Assembly: GCA_964202905.1 (NCBI GenBank)
Contig: CAXNJO010000003.1
Coordinates: 672,001 to 736,000, forward strand
Direction: 5' to 3'
DNA length: 64,000 nt
From: Polyangiales bacterium
GTDB lineage: Bacteria; Myxococcota_A; Polyangia; Polyangiales; JADJQN01
The notes beneath the pieces are model-generated. The model worked only from the letters and a program-made list of their open reading frames with translations. It was not told the origin of the DNA and made no database searches. Each line of letters starts with the position of its first letter. Position 1 is the stretch's first letter. Both the position numbers and the translations under genes were made by a program. Positions 30,728-41,002 of the stretch are shown here, piece after piece.

Positions 30728-32343
30728 CGAGCACGCGGCCACCGCGCGCGTCGACGTACACGGGGACCGGCGAGGTGCCGGTCGTGCGCTCGATCGTGCC
30801 CGCGTCGGTGGCCGCGCCCTACGCGCACGGCGACGTGTGCACCCTCGTCGTCTTCGGCGCCGCGGGCGATCTCGCGCGGAAAAAGCTCCTCCCCGCCATC
30901 TACGTGCTCGCCGCGCAGGGCCTGCTCGCGAAGGAGACGCGCGTCGTCGGCGTCGGCATCGAGCCGCTCGACGACGACGGCTTCCACGCGCTCTTCGGCG
31001 CGGCGCTCGGGGCCGCGCGCGAGGTCGGCCACGTCGACCCGACGATCTGGTCGGATCTGCGCGGACGTTGCTCGTGGGTGAGCGGCGATCTCACCGACGA
31101 GAGCGTTTACACGGAGCTGCGCCTGCACCTCGAGACGCTCGAGGCCGCGCGCCCCGCGTCCGAGGGGCATCGGCTCTTCTACCTCGCGGTGCCGCCCGTG
31201 ATCTTCGCGCCGATCGCGACGCATCTCGCCGGCAGCGGCGTGTGTCCGCGCACCGCTGCCGACGCCTCGTCCCCGTGGCGCCGCCTCATCCTCGAGAAGC
31301 CCTTCGGCCACGATCTCGAGAGCGCCCGCGCGCTCAACGCGCTCGTCCTCGCGCTCTTCGGCGAACACCAGTGCTTCCGCATCGACCACTACCTCGGCAA
31401 GGAGACGGTGCAGAACCTGCTCGTCGCCCGCAGCGCAAACGCGCTCCTCGAGGCCGTGTGGAGCCGCCAGCACATCGCGCACGTGCAGATCACCGCGGCG
31501 GAGACCGTCGGCCTCGAGGGCCGCGCGGGCTACTACGAGCGGGCCGGCGTGGTGCGCGACATGTTCCAGAATCACCTGCTCCAGCTGCTCGCCCTCGTCG
31601 CGATGGAGCCGCCCGAGAAGCCCGGCGCGGACGCGATCCGCGACGAGAAGGTGCGCGCGCTCCGCGCGATCGAGCCCCTCGTCGTCGACGGCCACACGAG
31701 CGCCGTGCGCGCGCAATACCGCACGGGGCAGCTCGGCGACACAGGCGTCGTCGGCTACCGCGAGGAGCCCGGCGCGTCGCCCGCGAGCACCACGCCGACC
31801 TACGCGGCGCTGCGGCTCTTCGTCGACACCGAGCGCTGGCGCGGCGTGCCGTTTTACCTGCGCAGCGGCAAGCGCATGGCGAAGCGCGCGACCGAGATCG
31901 CGCTCGTCTTCCGCCCGCCGCAGCGCCTGATGTACGAGCGCTGCGAGGGCGAGCAGCCCGAGCCCAACGCGCTGGTGTTCCGCATCCAGCCCGACGACGG
32001 CATGTCGCTGCGCATCTCGGTGAAGGTCCCCGGCGCCGCGCTCGCGCTCACGCCCGGCCTCGAGATCACGCCCGTCGAGCTCGACTTCGCCTTCGCGGAC
32101 GCGTTCGGCGAGGGGATGCACAGCGCCTACGCGACGCTCTTGCTCGACGCGATGCGCGGCGACGCGACGCTCTTCACGCGCTCGGACGAGGTCGAGGCGG
32201 GCTGGGCCCTCACGGACCCGCTGCTGCATCTCTGGGAGCAGAGCGGGGACACGCAGGTGCCGACCTACGCGGCGGGCTCGTGGGGCCCGCACGAGGCCGA
32301 CGAGCTGCTCGCCGCCGACGGCTTCGCGTGGCGAAAGCCCTGA
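30724..32343 (+). CDS. zwf: Glucose-6-phosphate 1-dehydrogenase
   Basis: FGAAGDLARKKL, EKPFG, RIDHYLGKE, DMFQNHL, RWRGVPFYLRSGK. Confidence 0.96.
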   Translation: MTSTRPPRASTYTGTGEVPVVRSIVPASVAAPYAHGDVCTLVVFGAAGDLARKKLLPAIYVLAAQGLLAKETRVVGVGIEPLDDDGFHALFGAALGAAREVGHVDPTIWSDLRGRCSWVSGDLTDESVYTELRLHLETLEAARPASEGHRLFYLAVPPVIFAPIATHLAGSGVCPRTAADASSPWRRLILEKPFGHDLESARALNALVLALFGEHQCFRIDHYLGKETVQNLLVARSANALLEAVWSRQHIAHVQITAAETVGLEGRAGYYERAGVVRDMFQNHLLQLLALVAMEPPEKPGADAIRDEKVRALRAIEPLVVDGHTSAVRAQYRTGQLGDTGVVGYREEPGASPASTTPTYAALRLFVDTERWRGVPFYLRSGKRMAKRATEIALVFRPPQRLMYERCEGEQPEPNALVFRIQPDDGMSLRISVKVPGAALALTPGLEITPVELDFAFADAFGEGMHSAYATLLLDAMRGDATLFTRSDEVEAGWALTDPLLHLWEQSGDTQVPTYAAGSWGPHEADELLAADGFAWRKP

Positions 32344-32432
32344 GCGGGCACAGCGCACACGAACGCAGCGCGCGACGGTGCGTTGCAGCTTGACGAACGC
32401 GTGCGGTTGACGGTGTATTGCCGCCCATCGCC

Positions 32433-33467
32433 ATGCCCTACGCGTACATCTCCGGAACCGGGTTCTTCGCTCCGCCGCGGGTCGTCACCAACGACGCTCT
32501 CGTGAAGGAGTTCGGCATCGACACCACGCACGACTGGATCGTGCAGCGCACCGGCATCGAGGAGCGCCGCTTCGCGGACGACGGCGTCGGCTCGGCGGAC
32601 CTCGGCGCCGAGGCCGCGCGCATGGCCCTGAAGAACGCCGGCATCGAGGCGCACGACCTCGACATGATCATCTTCGCGACGCTCTCGCCGGAACACTGCT
32701 TCCCCGGCTCGGGCGTCTACCTCCAGCAGAAGCTCGGCCTCTGCGACGGCCCGAAGGCGAAGTTCGTCCCCGCGCTCGACGTCCGCAACCAGTGCTCGGG
32801 CTTCCTCTACGGGCTCAGCACGGCGACCTCGATGGTGAAGTCGGGCGCATGCCGCCACGTGCTCGTCGTCGGCGGCGAGGTGCACTCGCACGCGCTCGAC
32901 CTCTCCACGCGCGGCCGCACCGTCGCCTGCCTCTTCGGCGACGCGGCGGGCGCCGTCGTCGTGAGCGCCACCGACGAGGACCGCGGCGTGCGCGCCTGGA
33001 AGCTCGGCGCCGACGGCCGCTACGCGGACAAGCTCTCGCAGAAGGTCTGGGACATCCGCAAGATGCCCTTCATCCCCCTCGACGCCGAGGGCGTCGGGCA
33101 GGTCGCGCCCGAGGCGATGTGGGCGCAGATGGACGGCAAGCTCGTCTTCCGCCACGCGGTCGAGCGCATGGTCACCGTGTTGATGGAGACCTGCATCGAG
33201 GCCGGCGTGACGGGCAACGAGATCGACCTCTTCGTCTTCCACCAGGCGAACCTGCGCATCAATCAATACATTCAGAATGAGATTCTGAAACTCCCCGACA
33301 GCAAGTTCATCCACAACATCCAGCGCTATGGGAACACCACCGCTGCGACGATCCCGAGTCTGCTGCACGAAGCGGTCGAGACGGGGCGTTTGCAGCGCGG
33401 AATGAAGGTCGCGTGTGTGGCGTTTGGCAGTGGGTTCACTTGGGGGGCGGCGGTGATTGATTGGTAG
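32433..33467 (+). CDS. fabH: 3-oxoacyl-ACP synthase III
   Basis: QRTGIEERR, NQCSGF, LFGDAAGA, HQANLRI, YGNT, FGSGFTWG. Confidence 0.92.
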   Translation: MPYAYISGTGFFAPPRVVTNDALVKEFGIDTTHDWIVQRTGIEERRFADDGVGSADLGAEAARMALKNAGIEAHDLDMIIFATLSPEHCFPGSGVYLQQKLGLCDGPKAKFVPALDVRNQCSGFLYGLSTATSMVKSGACRHVLVVGGEVHSHALDLSTRGRTVACLFGDAAGAVVVSATDEDRGVRAWKLGADGRYADKLSQKVWDIRKMPFIPLDAEGVGQVAPEAMWAQMDGKLVFRHAVERMVTVLMETCIEAGVTGNEIDLFVFHQANLRINQYIQNEILKLPDSKFIHNIQRYGNTTAATIPSLLHEAVETGRLQRGMKVACVAFGSGFTWGAAVIDW

Positions 33468-33475
33468 GGAGACTG

Positions 33476-33540
33476 CCCTCCCACTCCCAACCCTCGCCCT
33501 CCCTCGGGAGGGCGAGGGCTTTGGAGGGGCGGCGCGTCAG
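33476..33540 (+). repeat. REP-like hairpin element, copy 1
   Basis: ccctcccactcccaa-ccctcgccctcc-ctcg-ggagggcgaggg-ctttggagggg; perfect 12-bp stem. Confidence 0.75.
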
Positions 33541-33679
33541 GTGGCCGCCTGGACGCGAGGGCCGGGGGCAGGTGGGGATTCCTTGGAGGCAGTTTTGGGA
33601 GGGATTCCCATCAGAAATGGAGGCGATGCCAGGTAGAGATTCGTTGAGATGGGACGTTGGGGGCTGGTAGCCTGGTGGG

Positions 33680-36600
33680 ATGTCCACGTTTCGCCGGGCG
33701 GAGGGGCTTCCGGAAGGGGTTTACGACGAGATCGTGTCGGAGGCGCTGGCGCGGCGGCTGTCGGAGTTGGCGCCGGCGCAGGTCGATGTGCGGGAGCTTC
33801 GGGACGACGCGGAGATGGATGCGCAGCTCGTGGTGCGCGTGCGGGACGCCGTGCGCATCGCGCTCGGGGCGCGTCGGCACCGCGACGACAAGCTGGCGCT
33901 CGCGCGCGGCCTGCTCGAGCTGCTCTCCCGCGAGCCCGCCTTCGCGCCGGGCGAGCTCTCGTTGCAGCCCCGCCTGCTGCGACGGATCGACCCGCTCGTG
34001 CACGGCGAGGCGGCTGAGTCCGGAGGGACCCCGCGCGGCTCGCTGCTCTGCTCCGGGCTCATCACCAACGCCCAGGGCGAGAGCGTCCTCGATCACCTGA
34101 CGAGCGAGTTCGCGAGCGCCGATCGCATCGATCTCCTCTGTTCGTTCATCAAGCTGAGCGGGCTCGATCGCATCCGTCGGCTCATCGAGCGCCACCGCGC
34201 GCGCGGGCGTGCGCTGCGCGTGCTCACGACGACGTACATGCGCGCGACCGATCGCAAGGCGATCGAGCTGCTTCACCACCTCGGCGCCGAAGTGCGCATC
34301 TCCTACGACGACAGCCACACGCGTCTTCACGCGAAGGCGTGGATCTTCCACCGCGAGAGCGCCTATTCCACGGCCTACGTGGGCTCGTCGAATCTCTCGC
34401 ACGCCGCGCAGACGGACGGCCTCGAATGGAACGTCCGCATCGCGCAGGCCGACCAGCCCGCGCTCGTCGAGGAGATGGCCGGCGTGTTCGAGTCCTATTG
34501 GTCGGACGCGGACAAATTCGAGCCTTTCGACGGCAGCGACGCCTCGCGACGACGCCTCGCGCGCGCGCTGACACCCCCCGACACGCGGGATGCGCTGAGT
34601 GCCTACGATCTCGAGCCGCGCGAATGGCAGAAACCCATTCTGCGCGAGCTCGTCGAAGCCCGGCGCGCCGGACGCCACAAGAACCTGGTCGTCGCCGCCA
34701 CCGGCACCGGGAAAACGCTGATCGCCGCCTTCGACTTCGAGAGGCTCTTTGGCGATGCGACACGCGCAGACGCTGCTCTTCGTCGCGCACCGCAAGGAGA
34801 TCCTCGAGCAGGCCCGGAAAGCCTTCCGCGACGTCCTGCGCCTGCCGAACTTCGGGGAGCTCTGGGTCGATGGCCAGCGCCCCGTGGACTTTCGGCACGT
34901 CTTCGCGTCGATTCAGTCGCTCGACCGTTCCGCAATCGAGGGGGCCGCGCTCGATCCCGCGCACTTCCACCACGTCGTCGTCGACGAGGTCCACCACGCG
35001 GCCGCGCGCACGTACGACACGCTTCTCAGGCACCTCGCGCCGCGCGAGCTCGTCGGGCTCACGGCGACCCCGGAGCGCGCCGACGGCCGCACGTACGACG
35101 CCCATTTCCCGCCGCCGTTCATCGGCAATCTCCGCGTCTGGTCGGCCATCCCGGACGTGCTCGTCCCCTTCCGCTACTTCGTCCTCGACGTCGACGGCGT
35201 CGACCTGACCGACGCGAAGTGGAACGGCGGCTACGTCGACGCCGATCTCTCGCAGCGCCTCATCACCGCCGCCGAGCTCTGGATTCGCACCGTCCTGCGC
35301 GCGCTCCGCGATCACGTCGCGCGCCCGGAGCGTGTCCGCGCGCTCGCCTTCTGCGTCGACAAGGCGCACGCCGCCGTCGTCGCCGAGCGGCTCTCGCGCG
35401 ACGCCGGGCTCACCGCGCGCGTGCTGACGGACGACACGCCCCGCGAAGAGCGCAGCCGCGCGAAGGAGGACCTACGGACGGGGCGCGTGCAGGTGCTCTG
35501 CGTCGTCGACCTCTTCAACGAGGGCGTCGACATCCCGGACGTGAATACCCTCTTTCTCTTTCGCCCCACCGAGAGCGCGACGGTCTTCTTGCAGCAGCTC
35601 GGCCGCGGTCTCCGGCGCACGCGCGACAAAGACCTCCTCACCGTCTTCGATCTGACGGGCCGCCAACACCCACGCTTCCGCTTCGACCGCAACCTGCGCG
35701 CGCTCCTGGGGCACACACCCCGTGAGCTGCGCAGCTTCGTCGAGAAGGGCCTCGGACGCCTGCCATCGGGGTGCGTCGTCGCCTTCGAAGAGCGCGCGCA
35801 GCAGGATCTGCTCGAGCACCTCCGGCGCGCCATTCCCTCGAACGTTCGCGGCATGCGCGAGCTGCTGAGCGCGCACCGCGACGAGGGTTGGACGCTCGCG
35901 CGCTTCCTCGAAGAGACGGATGTCGACGTCTTCGACCTCTATCGCGACGGCCGCACCTGGCACTCGCTGCGCGCCGACGTCGGGCTCACCACGATGCCCG
36001 CCGACGCCGCCGAGCGCGCCGCGCTCTCCAACGTGCAGAAGCTCCTCGAGGTCGACGACCCGATCCGAATCGACGCCTGGCACCGCTTCGCCCGGGGCGA
36101 GTCACCACGCGACGCGCGCGAGCGTCGCCTCGCCGCGATGCTCTTCGTCACGCTCTATGGCCGCTTCGCGCAGGCACGCCTCGACGAGCGTTTCACGGCG
36201 TGGCGCGCCCACGCGTCGCTGCGCGCGGAGGTCGAGGCGCTCCTCCCCGTGCTCGCGCAGCGCACGGAGTGCCTGCCGCGCGGATTCGCGCTCGACGACG
36301 ACATCCCTCTGATGCTCCACGCGCGGTATCTCGATCTCGAGCTCTCCGCAGCCTTTGGCGTCGTCTCGGGAAACAAGGGCGAATTTCGCAACTTCTACAC
36401 CGGCGTCGAGCCGGTCTGTGGCGGCCGCTACGATCTCTTGCTCGTCACGCTCGAGAAGAGCGACAGCACCGACGAGCACCTCCGCTACAAAGACTATCCC
36501 CTGCAAGAGGCGCTCTTTCATTGGCAGTCGCAGTCGGACACGCGCCAGTCCGATACCCGCGGTCGCCGCCACGTCCAGCCCGCTTCACAAGGCGTGACGC

Positions 36601-36776
36601 CGCTGCTCTTCGTCCGCGAACGCAAGAAGGACGCGCGCGGCGTCACCTGCGCGTTCCGCTTCCTCGGAGCGGTGACGCCCGAGCGCGTCGAGGGCGAGCG
36701 GCCCATTTCGATCACCTGGCGCCTCGGCACACCGCTCCGCGCGGAGTGGGTGCGACGCTGGGGTCAGGTCGGCTGA
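33680..36776 (+). CDS. PLD nuclease + SF2 DExH helicase + DUF3427-like protein, putative defence/restriction enzyme (frameshift ~34760)
   Basis: HAKAWIF...YVGSSNLS, AATGTGKT, LLFVAHR, DEVHH, LTATPER, FNEGVDIP, QQLGRGLR, C-terminal YKDY..FHWQSQS..PLLFVRE. Confidence 0.85.
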
Positions 36777-37302
36777 CGACGCGTGCGCGCAACGCGACGA
36801 AGGCCGATGTGACGAATCCCCCTGTCACGCCGGCGCGCATCACGTGGGGGGTTGTTTGGACGGATATCGCTCAGGGGGTTGGCCGCACCCGCCGGAGCGT
36901 CCATGGCGCGGGATCGATCACGGGCTCGCGGTCGTCGAGCCGCGCGCGCACGAAACGGCGGCAATCCCCGGGGCCGCGAGCCTTGTTCAGCTCGCTGAGC
37001 ACGCCACCTTCGACGCCCACGTTCGCGACGCCCTGCGTGTGGCCAGCGCAGTCCGGTCGAACCCAGGGCGAAACACGCCCTCGACGCCCGGCGGATGGAG
37101 ATCGCCATTCTCGCCGTCGAGGTCCGCGAGCGCGATTCGTCCGCCGGGGGCGAGGTGGCGCGGTTCATCGGGCCGGAACGCGGCGCGCGCGCGGCCCCGA
37201 TGTTCGCGTGCGACGGTCACCCGTGAAGACGGGCGTCCACGCGGCGCCTCTCTGGCGTAGGATGATGGACCGAATTCCCGGAACGCTCGATTTCGCCTCC
37301 CG

Positions 37303-38469
37303 ATGCACCTCGATTTCACGACGCTGCTCACGCTGCAGGTTCTCTCGTCGCTCACGTCCGCCATCGTCCTCGCCTCCGCCATGGGGCCTACCGAGCCCGC
37401 CGGCCTCCGCGATGCGATGCGCTCGCTGCTCTGCCTTGCGGGCGCAAACGGGTTTCTCTTGCTGCGCGACGTCGAGCCGCAGGCGCTGTCGATCCTCGGC
37501 GGCAATCCCCTCTACTGGCTCAGCAGCGCGTTCATGTACCGCGCCCTCGGCGCCTTCAACGGACGCGCGCGCCCCGCACGCTGGCCCTTCGCGCTCGTGT
37601 TCGCCGCGATGCTCGTCTTTGGAGCGGTCGTGGGCTTTGCCGGTCCGTACGGCGTCCGCGCCATCCTCAGCTCGTGGGTCGTGCTCGTGATGCTCTGTGG
37701 CGCGCTCTACGAGCTCGCGCGCGACCGTGGGCTCACCCGCGAGCCGACGCGCAAGATCACGTTCACGCTGCTCGCGGTCGCGGCCACGGGGCTGCTCGTG
37801 CGCGGGCTGCTCCTTCTACCGCGCTGGGCAGAGCCGAGACGTCCTCCGGTGACCGATCTGCAGATCGCGCTCGCTCATCTCCCCGGCCTGCTCGTGGCAT
37901 CGGGCTTCGGCCTCGGCTTTCTGGTCATGCACCATCAGCGCGTCGCCGCACACGCCGCACAAGCGGCCGCCACCGACGCGCTGACGGGATGTGCCAATCG
38001 CCGCGCGCTCGAGGCCCAGGTGCGCGTCGAGCTCGCGCACGCTGCGCGCAAGGGGCGCGCGTGCGCGCTCGTGGTGGGTGACCTCGACCACTTCAAGACC
38101 GTGAATGACCGCTACGGACACGCTGCAGGCGACGCCGTGCTCGTCGAGGTCGCGCGTGTGTTCCGCGCCACGGTGCGTCCGGGTGACATGGTCGCGCGCT
38201 ACGGCGGCGAGGAGTTCTGCGTGCTGTTGCGCGAGGCGGGCCCGGAGGAGGCGACGGTCGCGGCAGAGCGTCTGTGTCAGGCGCTGCGCGGCATCACCGT
38301 CCACGCGTCTGGCGCCTCGATCACGGTTCGAGGCAGCTTTGGTGTCGCCGCTTCACAGAAGGGTGATCCCGCAACATGGGAGTCGCTCTTCCGCCGGGCG
38401 GATACCGCGCTCTACCGCGCCAAGGCACAAGGCCGCGATCAGGTCGTGCTCGACGCGGCGCAGGGCTGA
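37303..38469 (+). CDS. Membrane-bound diguanylate cyclase (GGDEF)
   Basis: About 7 TMs then DALTGCANRR, DLDHFKTVNDRYGH, RPGD I-site, GGEEF, ADTALYRAK. Confidence 0.92.
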   Translation: MHLDFTTLLTLQVLSSLTSAIVLASAMGPTEPAGLRDAMRSLLCLAGANGFLLLRDVEPQALSILGGNPLYWLSSAFMYRALGAFNGRARPARWPFALVFAAMLVFGAVVGFAGPYGVRAILSSWVVLVMLCGALYELARDRGLTREPTRKITFTLLAVAATGLLVRGLLLLPRWAEPRRPPVTDLQIALAHLPGLLVASGFGLGFLVMHHQRVAAHAAQAAATDALTGCANRRALEAQVRVELAHAARKGRACALVVGDLDHFKTVNDRYGHAAGDAVLVEVARVFRATVRPGDMVARYGGEEFCVLLREAGPEEATVAAERLCQALRGITVHASGASITVRGSFGVAASQKGDPATWESLFRRADTALYRAKAQGRDQVVLDAAQG

Positions 38470-38594
38470 TCACGCCGACACGCACATCGTCCTTGGCGGC
38501 CCCCGGCGAGACGGCGCGCCACGATTTCGCCAGCGCAGGGTGCGACGCAGATCGACGTGCCGTCGAGCGCATGCCAGCCCTCGCGCTCCGTCGG

Positions 38595-38681
38595 GTCGAG
38601 GCGGGACTCGTCGGGAGCTGCCCGGTCTATACCCTCCTGGGCATCTCCACCTGCCCCCGGAGAACCGTCACCGGGTCGTGA
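38595..38681 (+). pseudogene. DUF2892/YgaP-like membrane protein C-terminal remnant
   Basis: GLVGSCPVYTLLGISTCP; no recognisable upstream TM/start. Confidence 0.5.
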
Positions 38682-39234
38682 GCAACCCGTGCCAACACCT
38701 CACGGGACCCGCCCGCGCGCAAGGAACGCCTGCGTTCGGTCGCGGACGCGCGCTGGCAGGTCGGGCTTCTCATCGGCGCTGGGCTGGATGACGAAGCGGC
38801 GTGATCGACCCGTATTCTGATTCACGACGACGAGGGTGAGCGCGCCATCCCCGGCGGCCGCGACGCGAGCGCAGGAACCGCGCCCACGGGGACCACCGAC
38901 GACACGAAAGCGGCATACCCGCCGGGACACGAATCTCCCGACGGGCATGCCGCCCCGATTCCAAACCAACCTCCACGGCGGACGCACGTCCTCCGCGCGC
39001 TTCACCGCGGCTCTGCAACGCTTCGACACGGCCGCAGTGTGTCGATTCCGCGACGACGAGAATCGATGTTCACTGCACCGGCAACAACAGGCCATCGACA
39101 GACACAACGAGGGACAACGTCTCAGGGCATCCACGACAACAGACAACGAATCAACCAGTCATTCGATCCGCGCCGCATCGAACCCACAACGAAGCAACGA
39201 ATCCACGTGATGCGGAGCGAGTGCGCTGCACGGT

Positions 39235-40233
39235 TCAGCGCGCAACACCCACGGAGGCCGTCGAGACCGCCGCGTCGTCCTGCGCGGCGAGGTACGTCTC
39301 CGCGCACGCCAACAAGGTGTTGTCGTGGATCTCGAGCACCGCCGGGATGCTGCCGTCGGGCTTCGTCTGATAGCCGCCAGCGAGATTCCAGACGACGGGG
39401 ATGCCCCTCGCGGCGAGCGTGCGGAAGACGACGGCGTCGCGCTTGCGGAGCTGCGCGGTGGTGAGGAAGCCGCCGAGCGGGTCCTTCACGTGCGGGTCGG
39501 CGCCCGCCTGATAGAGGACGACATCGCAGCCCGTCATCGCCTCGAGCGACTCGGGGAGCCACGACGCGAAGAACTCGGAGGCCTGGCGCGGCGCGTGGAA
39601 TGCGGCGCCGGCGGTGCAGTGCTCGACCCACTGGCTCGCACCGAGCTTGCGAACGATGTCGGTGGTGCCGTCGCCGTAGTGGAAGTCGCAGTCGAGGATG
39701 CCGACGCGCTTCGCGAGGCCCTCGGCATGGAGCGCCGCGGCGGTCACCATCAGCCCGTTGAACGTGCAGAAGCCGCCGCCGTCGTCGTGGCCGGCGTGGT
39801 GGAAGCCCGAGCACGGGGCCAGCGCGACGGGCGCGCCGCTCCGGAGCACGTGCCGCGCCGCGGAGAGCATCGCGCCGCTCGTCCACGGCAGCGAGGCGGC
39901 GACGCGCGCGTCGCGGTTGCCGAAGCCGTTCGCAATGCGGTGGGAGAGGACGCCCTCCACGTAGTCGCGGTCATGCGCGAGGCCGAGCTCGTCGACGGTG
40001 ACGGGCGTCACGGGGTGATCGACGAGCGGGATTCCGCGCGCGCGCCACGACTCGACGACCTGCGTCGGCTTCGCGGAGCTCGGCGAATACGAGGTGCGCG
40101 GCGCGACCATGCGCGGGTCGTAGAAGAGCGGCAGCGCCGCGAGCGGCGTGAACGCCGAGGTGTCGGCGACGCGGGAGAGGCCCCGGGGGGCGGTGCGGGT
40201 GGAGCGGGCGGAGCGGGCGTTGGGGTTCGTCAT
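39235..40233 (-). CDS. Histone deacetylase-family (Zn-dependent) deacetylase, paralog 1
   Basis: GFHHA, GGFCTFNG, ILDCDFHYGDGT, QAGADPH, LAGGY. Confidence 0.92.
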   Translation of the reverse strand: MTNPNARSARSTRTAPRGLSRVADTSAFTPLAALPLFYDPRMVAPRTSYSPSSAKPTQVVESWRARGIPLVDHPVTPVTVDELGLAHDRDYVEGVLSHRIANGFGNRDARVAASLPWTSGAMLSAARHVLRSGAPVALAPCSGFHHAGHDDGGGFCTFNGLMVTAAALHAEGLAKRVGILDCDFHYGDGTTDIVRKLGASQWVEHCTAGAAFHAPRQASEFFASWLPESLEAMTGCDVVLYQAGADPHVKDPLGGFLTTAQLRKRDAVVFRTLAARGIPVVWNLAGGYQTKPDGSIPAVLEIHDNTLLACAETYLAAQDDAAVSTASVGVAR

Positions 40234-40340
40234 GGGGTTGAAGATGGCCTTTCAATGGCATGACTATCGAGAGCGTGAATGGGGCAGTCTTCGTGACTGA
40301 GATCGTCATGTTTGGAAAAAGGGGAGGGGCCTCCGGCGGG

Positions 40341-40412
40341 CCCTCCCACTCCCCAACCCCCGCCCTCCCTCGGGAGGGTGGGGGCTTGTTCGGAGGGGGC
40401 GCGGCAGGCGAG
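40341..40412 (+). repeat. REP-like hairpin element, copy 2
   Basis: ccctcccactccccaa-cccccgccctcc-ctcg-ggagggtggggg-cttgttcggagggggcgcggcaggcg. Confidence 0.75.
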
Positions 40413-40537
40413 GGCCGGTGAAGAGGCGCGGCTGCCCGTGGGGCGACTTCGCGGGCGCCGCGGGCGCTGCGGACGAGGAACGTTCAAACGAACGGCGGAG
40501 CGGGAAGGACGTTCAACGTCGACGAATGGGGCTGGAA

Positions 40538-40984
40538 TCAGGGGTCTTCGTCGATCCAGACGAGGTCGGGGTCGGCGGGGCCGGAGTGGAAGGCGAAGGC
40601 GGAGGAGGCGGAGCGCAGGGTGCGCTCGCCGGCGTCGGGGGAGAGGTCGAGGGCGGCGTAGAGGAGCTCGCCGGTGTCGTCGACGAGGCGTGCGGCGTGG
40701 AGGCCGGAGGCGGGGTCGGCGACGAAGAGCAGGTGGATGCCCATGCCGCTCTCGGAGATCGCGTCGCGGTCGATGACGCGCACGCGCGGCAGCGAGCGTT
40801 TCTCCGTGAGCGGGAGGTGGCGCGCCTCGAGCCGCAGGAGCGCGGGCGGCGCGACGCGGAGGGCGTAGACGGTCGGCGCGGTGGAGGGCTCGACGCCGTC
40901 TTCGAGCGCGTATTGCCAACCATCCTCGCGCGCGTCGAGCCAGGAGAGGATGTCGTCGGGGGAATCCTGCGTGTCGTCGCTCAT
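40538..40984 (-). CDS. Hypothetical acidic protein, 148 aa
   Basis: AAGGA RBS-like upstream, C-ending codon bias, 18 bp downstream of HDAC paralog 2. Confidence 0.7.
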   Translation of the reverse strand: MSDDTQDSPDDILSWLDAREDGWQYALEDGVEPSTAPTVYALRVAPPALLRLEARHLPLTEKRSLPRVRVIDRDAISESGMGIHLLFVADPASGLHAARLVDDTGELLYAALDLSPDAGERTLRSASSAFAFHSGPADPDLVWIDEDP

Positions 40985-41002
40985 GGGTTTGTCCTTGGAG
41001 AA

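Noticed and set aside
34749..34770. Programmed frameshift or two-gene split of the helicase
   Set aside because: The break falls between helicase motifs I and Ia with no slippery run, and similar indels occur across the window
38700..39210. ORFs 38836-39210 (+) and 38700-39146 (-) as genes; also a retron msr-msd
   Set aside because: Atypical codon usage and no motifs; no reverse transcriptase in the window
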